Below are positions 62,349-64,000 of a DNA stretch of 64,000 bases, piece by piece. The DNA is from Hormiphora californensis (taxonomy: Eukaryota > Animalia > Ctenophora). The stretch is from contig CM035351.1 in the NCBI GenBank assembly GCA_020137815.1, positions 8,928,001 to 8,992,000 of the forward strand, read 5' to 3'. Each line of letters begins with the position of its first letter. The first letter of the stretch is position 1. Made by a program: the position numbers and the translations under genes. The notes under the pieces are model-generated. The model saw nothing but the letters and a program-made list of their open reading frames with translations. It made no database searches and was not told where the DNA came from.

Positions 62349-63729
62349 GGGCAAGAAGAGGAAGTTCATTTAGGGAGCACGTCCTTATCAGACGCAGTAA
62401 CACACACGGGTGAACAAACCAACAACTGCACAGTGCAGTGACACACACGTCACACACCGTCAAATGGGGGGGGGGGGGTCAAACAGTGAGTTACCTTTCC
62501 AGCGAGGAAGAGAAGGTTCAGATCGGGATCATAGTAGGGGAATAAACTACCATTGGCATTATCAATTGCCTCCTCCTTTAGCATTGCACTTAGATTTCTC
62601 TGGAAAAGAAAGGAGTTGAAATTAAAATTGATCTATACAGTTTGAATTGTCTACTAGAGTCCCTTCCCCATAATATGCTCATAGCTCCAACTGGTATAAT
62701 TGAAACGAGAGACATTTGAAAGAATAAATAAAAAATTAGTGAGGAATGCCGGGATGTAAGTAATTGAAGATTTGATGTACAACCGATGGTATGTCTCTTT
62801 CATTCTCAATTTAATCCCTAATATAGTTTCTCTACAACATATCACTCTATCTTTGTCTCATATAAGACCGTCCTCTTTGCACCGGGCCGATGTACTTTCA
62901 GTGCCTGACAACTCTATATCTCTACCCGCACCGGCCACTCTCTCTCTCTCTCTCTCTCTTCAATAGGCCACCAGGCTCAAGGATGAGAATGTGATTACTC
63001 ATTGGAAATGTCATACGACCCGCCGTTACCCGTTACTCAAGCCACATATTTCATATGATACCTGGAGAAAGGGGAGAGAGAAAGAGGGAAAGGGAGGACA
63101 TAAAAACATATGTAGGAAGGTAAAATGTGTGTCCTGTTCGTACCCTTGCACAGAAAATATAAGGTCGAAACAAGTGCTCCATTCATATCTTACTAGATGT
63201 GAATAGAGCACTTGTTCCGACCCTATCTTCTCCAACAGTAGGACATGTATGAAAGAGAGCACGTGCCCCTACACGTGTTCTATACCTCTCTCTCTTTCTA
63301 ACAGACCGGAAACACAGTACACGTGTGCTCCTCCTCTCTTTCACCCAACACCGGATCGTTTATATTATACAAGGTACATTGTTACACTACTGTGTGACAC
63401 CCCCTACTAAAACTACACACACAGTGTGACAGTAACAGTAAAGAGTGTTGAACTGTGTTACTAGATGTATAAAATGAGTAACCGGTAAAAAGCCAAGTTT
63501 TCAACCTAGTTTGAAGTTGTTTTTACTGTCTGAGTCGCCAGTATAGCACTAAAAACAACACCTATTCGAGACCCCCCGAGTCTCGACCCCCTCTTTCATA
63601 AATTCAACTCACGGGATCGTAAAGTCGCAAACTCCTTGATGACATGGAGCTGAATCCAGCGGTGAGGATGAGACCATTCTTCAACATCCTCAGTCGGGAT
63701 ACCTTCATGTTGTTATGTCCTGGTCCCTC
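58438..63729 (-). CDS. Coronin (WD40 actin-binding protein with C-terminal coiled coil), 3' exons; continues beyond the window
   Basis: LTAGFSSMSSRSLRLYDP | LFPYYDPDLNLLFLAGK | GDANIKFYEL...QRGLG | MMPKRGLD..NEIARAYKL...VPR | SKAFADDLYPDT | coiled coil | ...QVGSD*. Confidence 0.93.
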
Positions 63730-64000
63730 CTGAAGGGGAGAGGTGAGGGTCATAGTTAGAGGTTTTGGGGACATGGGGTAGATGGTTGTTATGTCCCGGT
63801 AGAGAGTCATTTATTGTTCGGGGACATGTGGTTAGTTGGGATCTGAGATGTAGTTAGTATCTGTGTACCATACAGCACAAAGAACTATTAGGTACAGTAA
63901 CAGGCTGCACACATTCTATAAAATTAGGTAGAGAGGTGCGATAAAATAAGTGTCACCACCTCTAGTATCTGATCTGTAGTAATATATGCATACCAATGTG

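Overview
Compact, intron-rich animal DNA, most likely a ctenophore: it contains a near-perfect match to the Hormiphora/Pleurobrachia-type spliced leader (SL) as I recall it, plus short introns and an opposite-strand nested gene. Host genes: 3' end of an RGG/Pro-rich gene, PHF10, NT5C3 and RRP12 (all +, tightly packed), a Myb/SANT-like factor (-), two unknown genes (-), cyclin H (+) with a class C GPCR nested antisense in its first intron, and the 3' part of coronin (-). Introns carry stacked insertions: two related GG-terminal 8-bp-TSD elements (Merlin-like), two TTAA elements (Kolobok-like), LINE 3' ends, a Penelope-like RT/GIY-YIG relic and minisatellites. Two candidate novel systems stand out. 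(1) At 20414-20744, a TSD-flanked palindrome of two head-to-head SL copies, each fused directly to a hammerhead ribozyme core, suggesting an SL-trans-spliced Penelope-type RNA retroposed by snap-back priming at the SL 5' end. (2) At about 29240-39690, an apparently non-coding spliced host transcript whose exon+intron module is tandemly amplified about 6 times (about 1.31 kb), each intron holding H/ACA-like RNAs and a ~420-nt doubly pseudoknotted fold I do not recognise. Several stretches (about 1740-2060, 11330-11940, 16350-16520, 50520-50780, 54400-56200) look like low-quality consensus, so frameshifts there are not trusted. All family calls are by eye, with no searches run.
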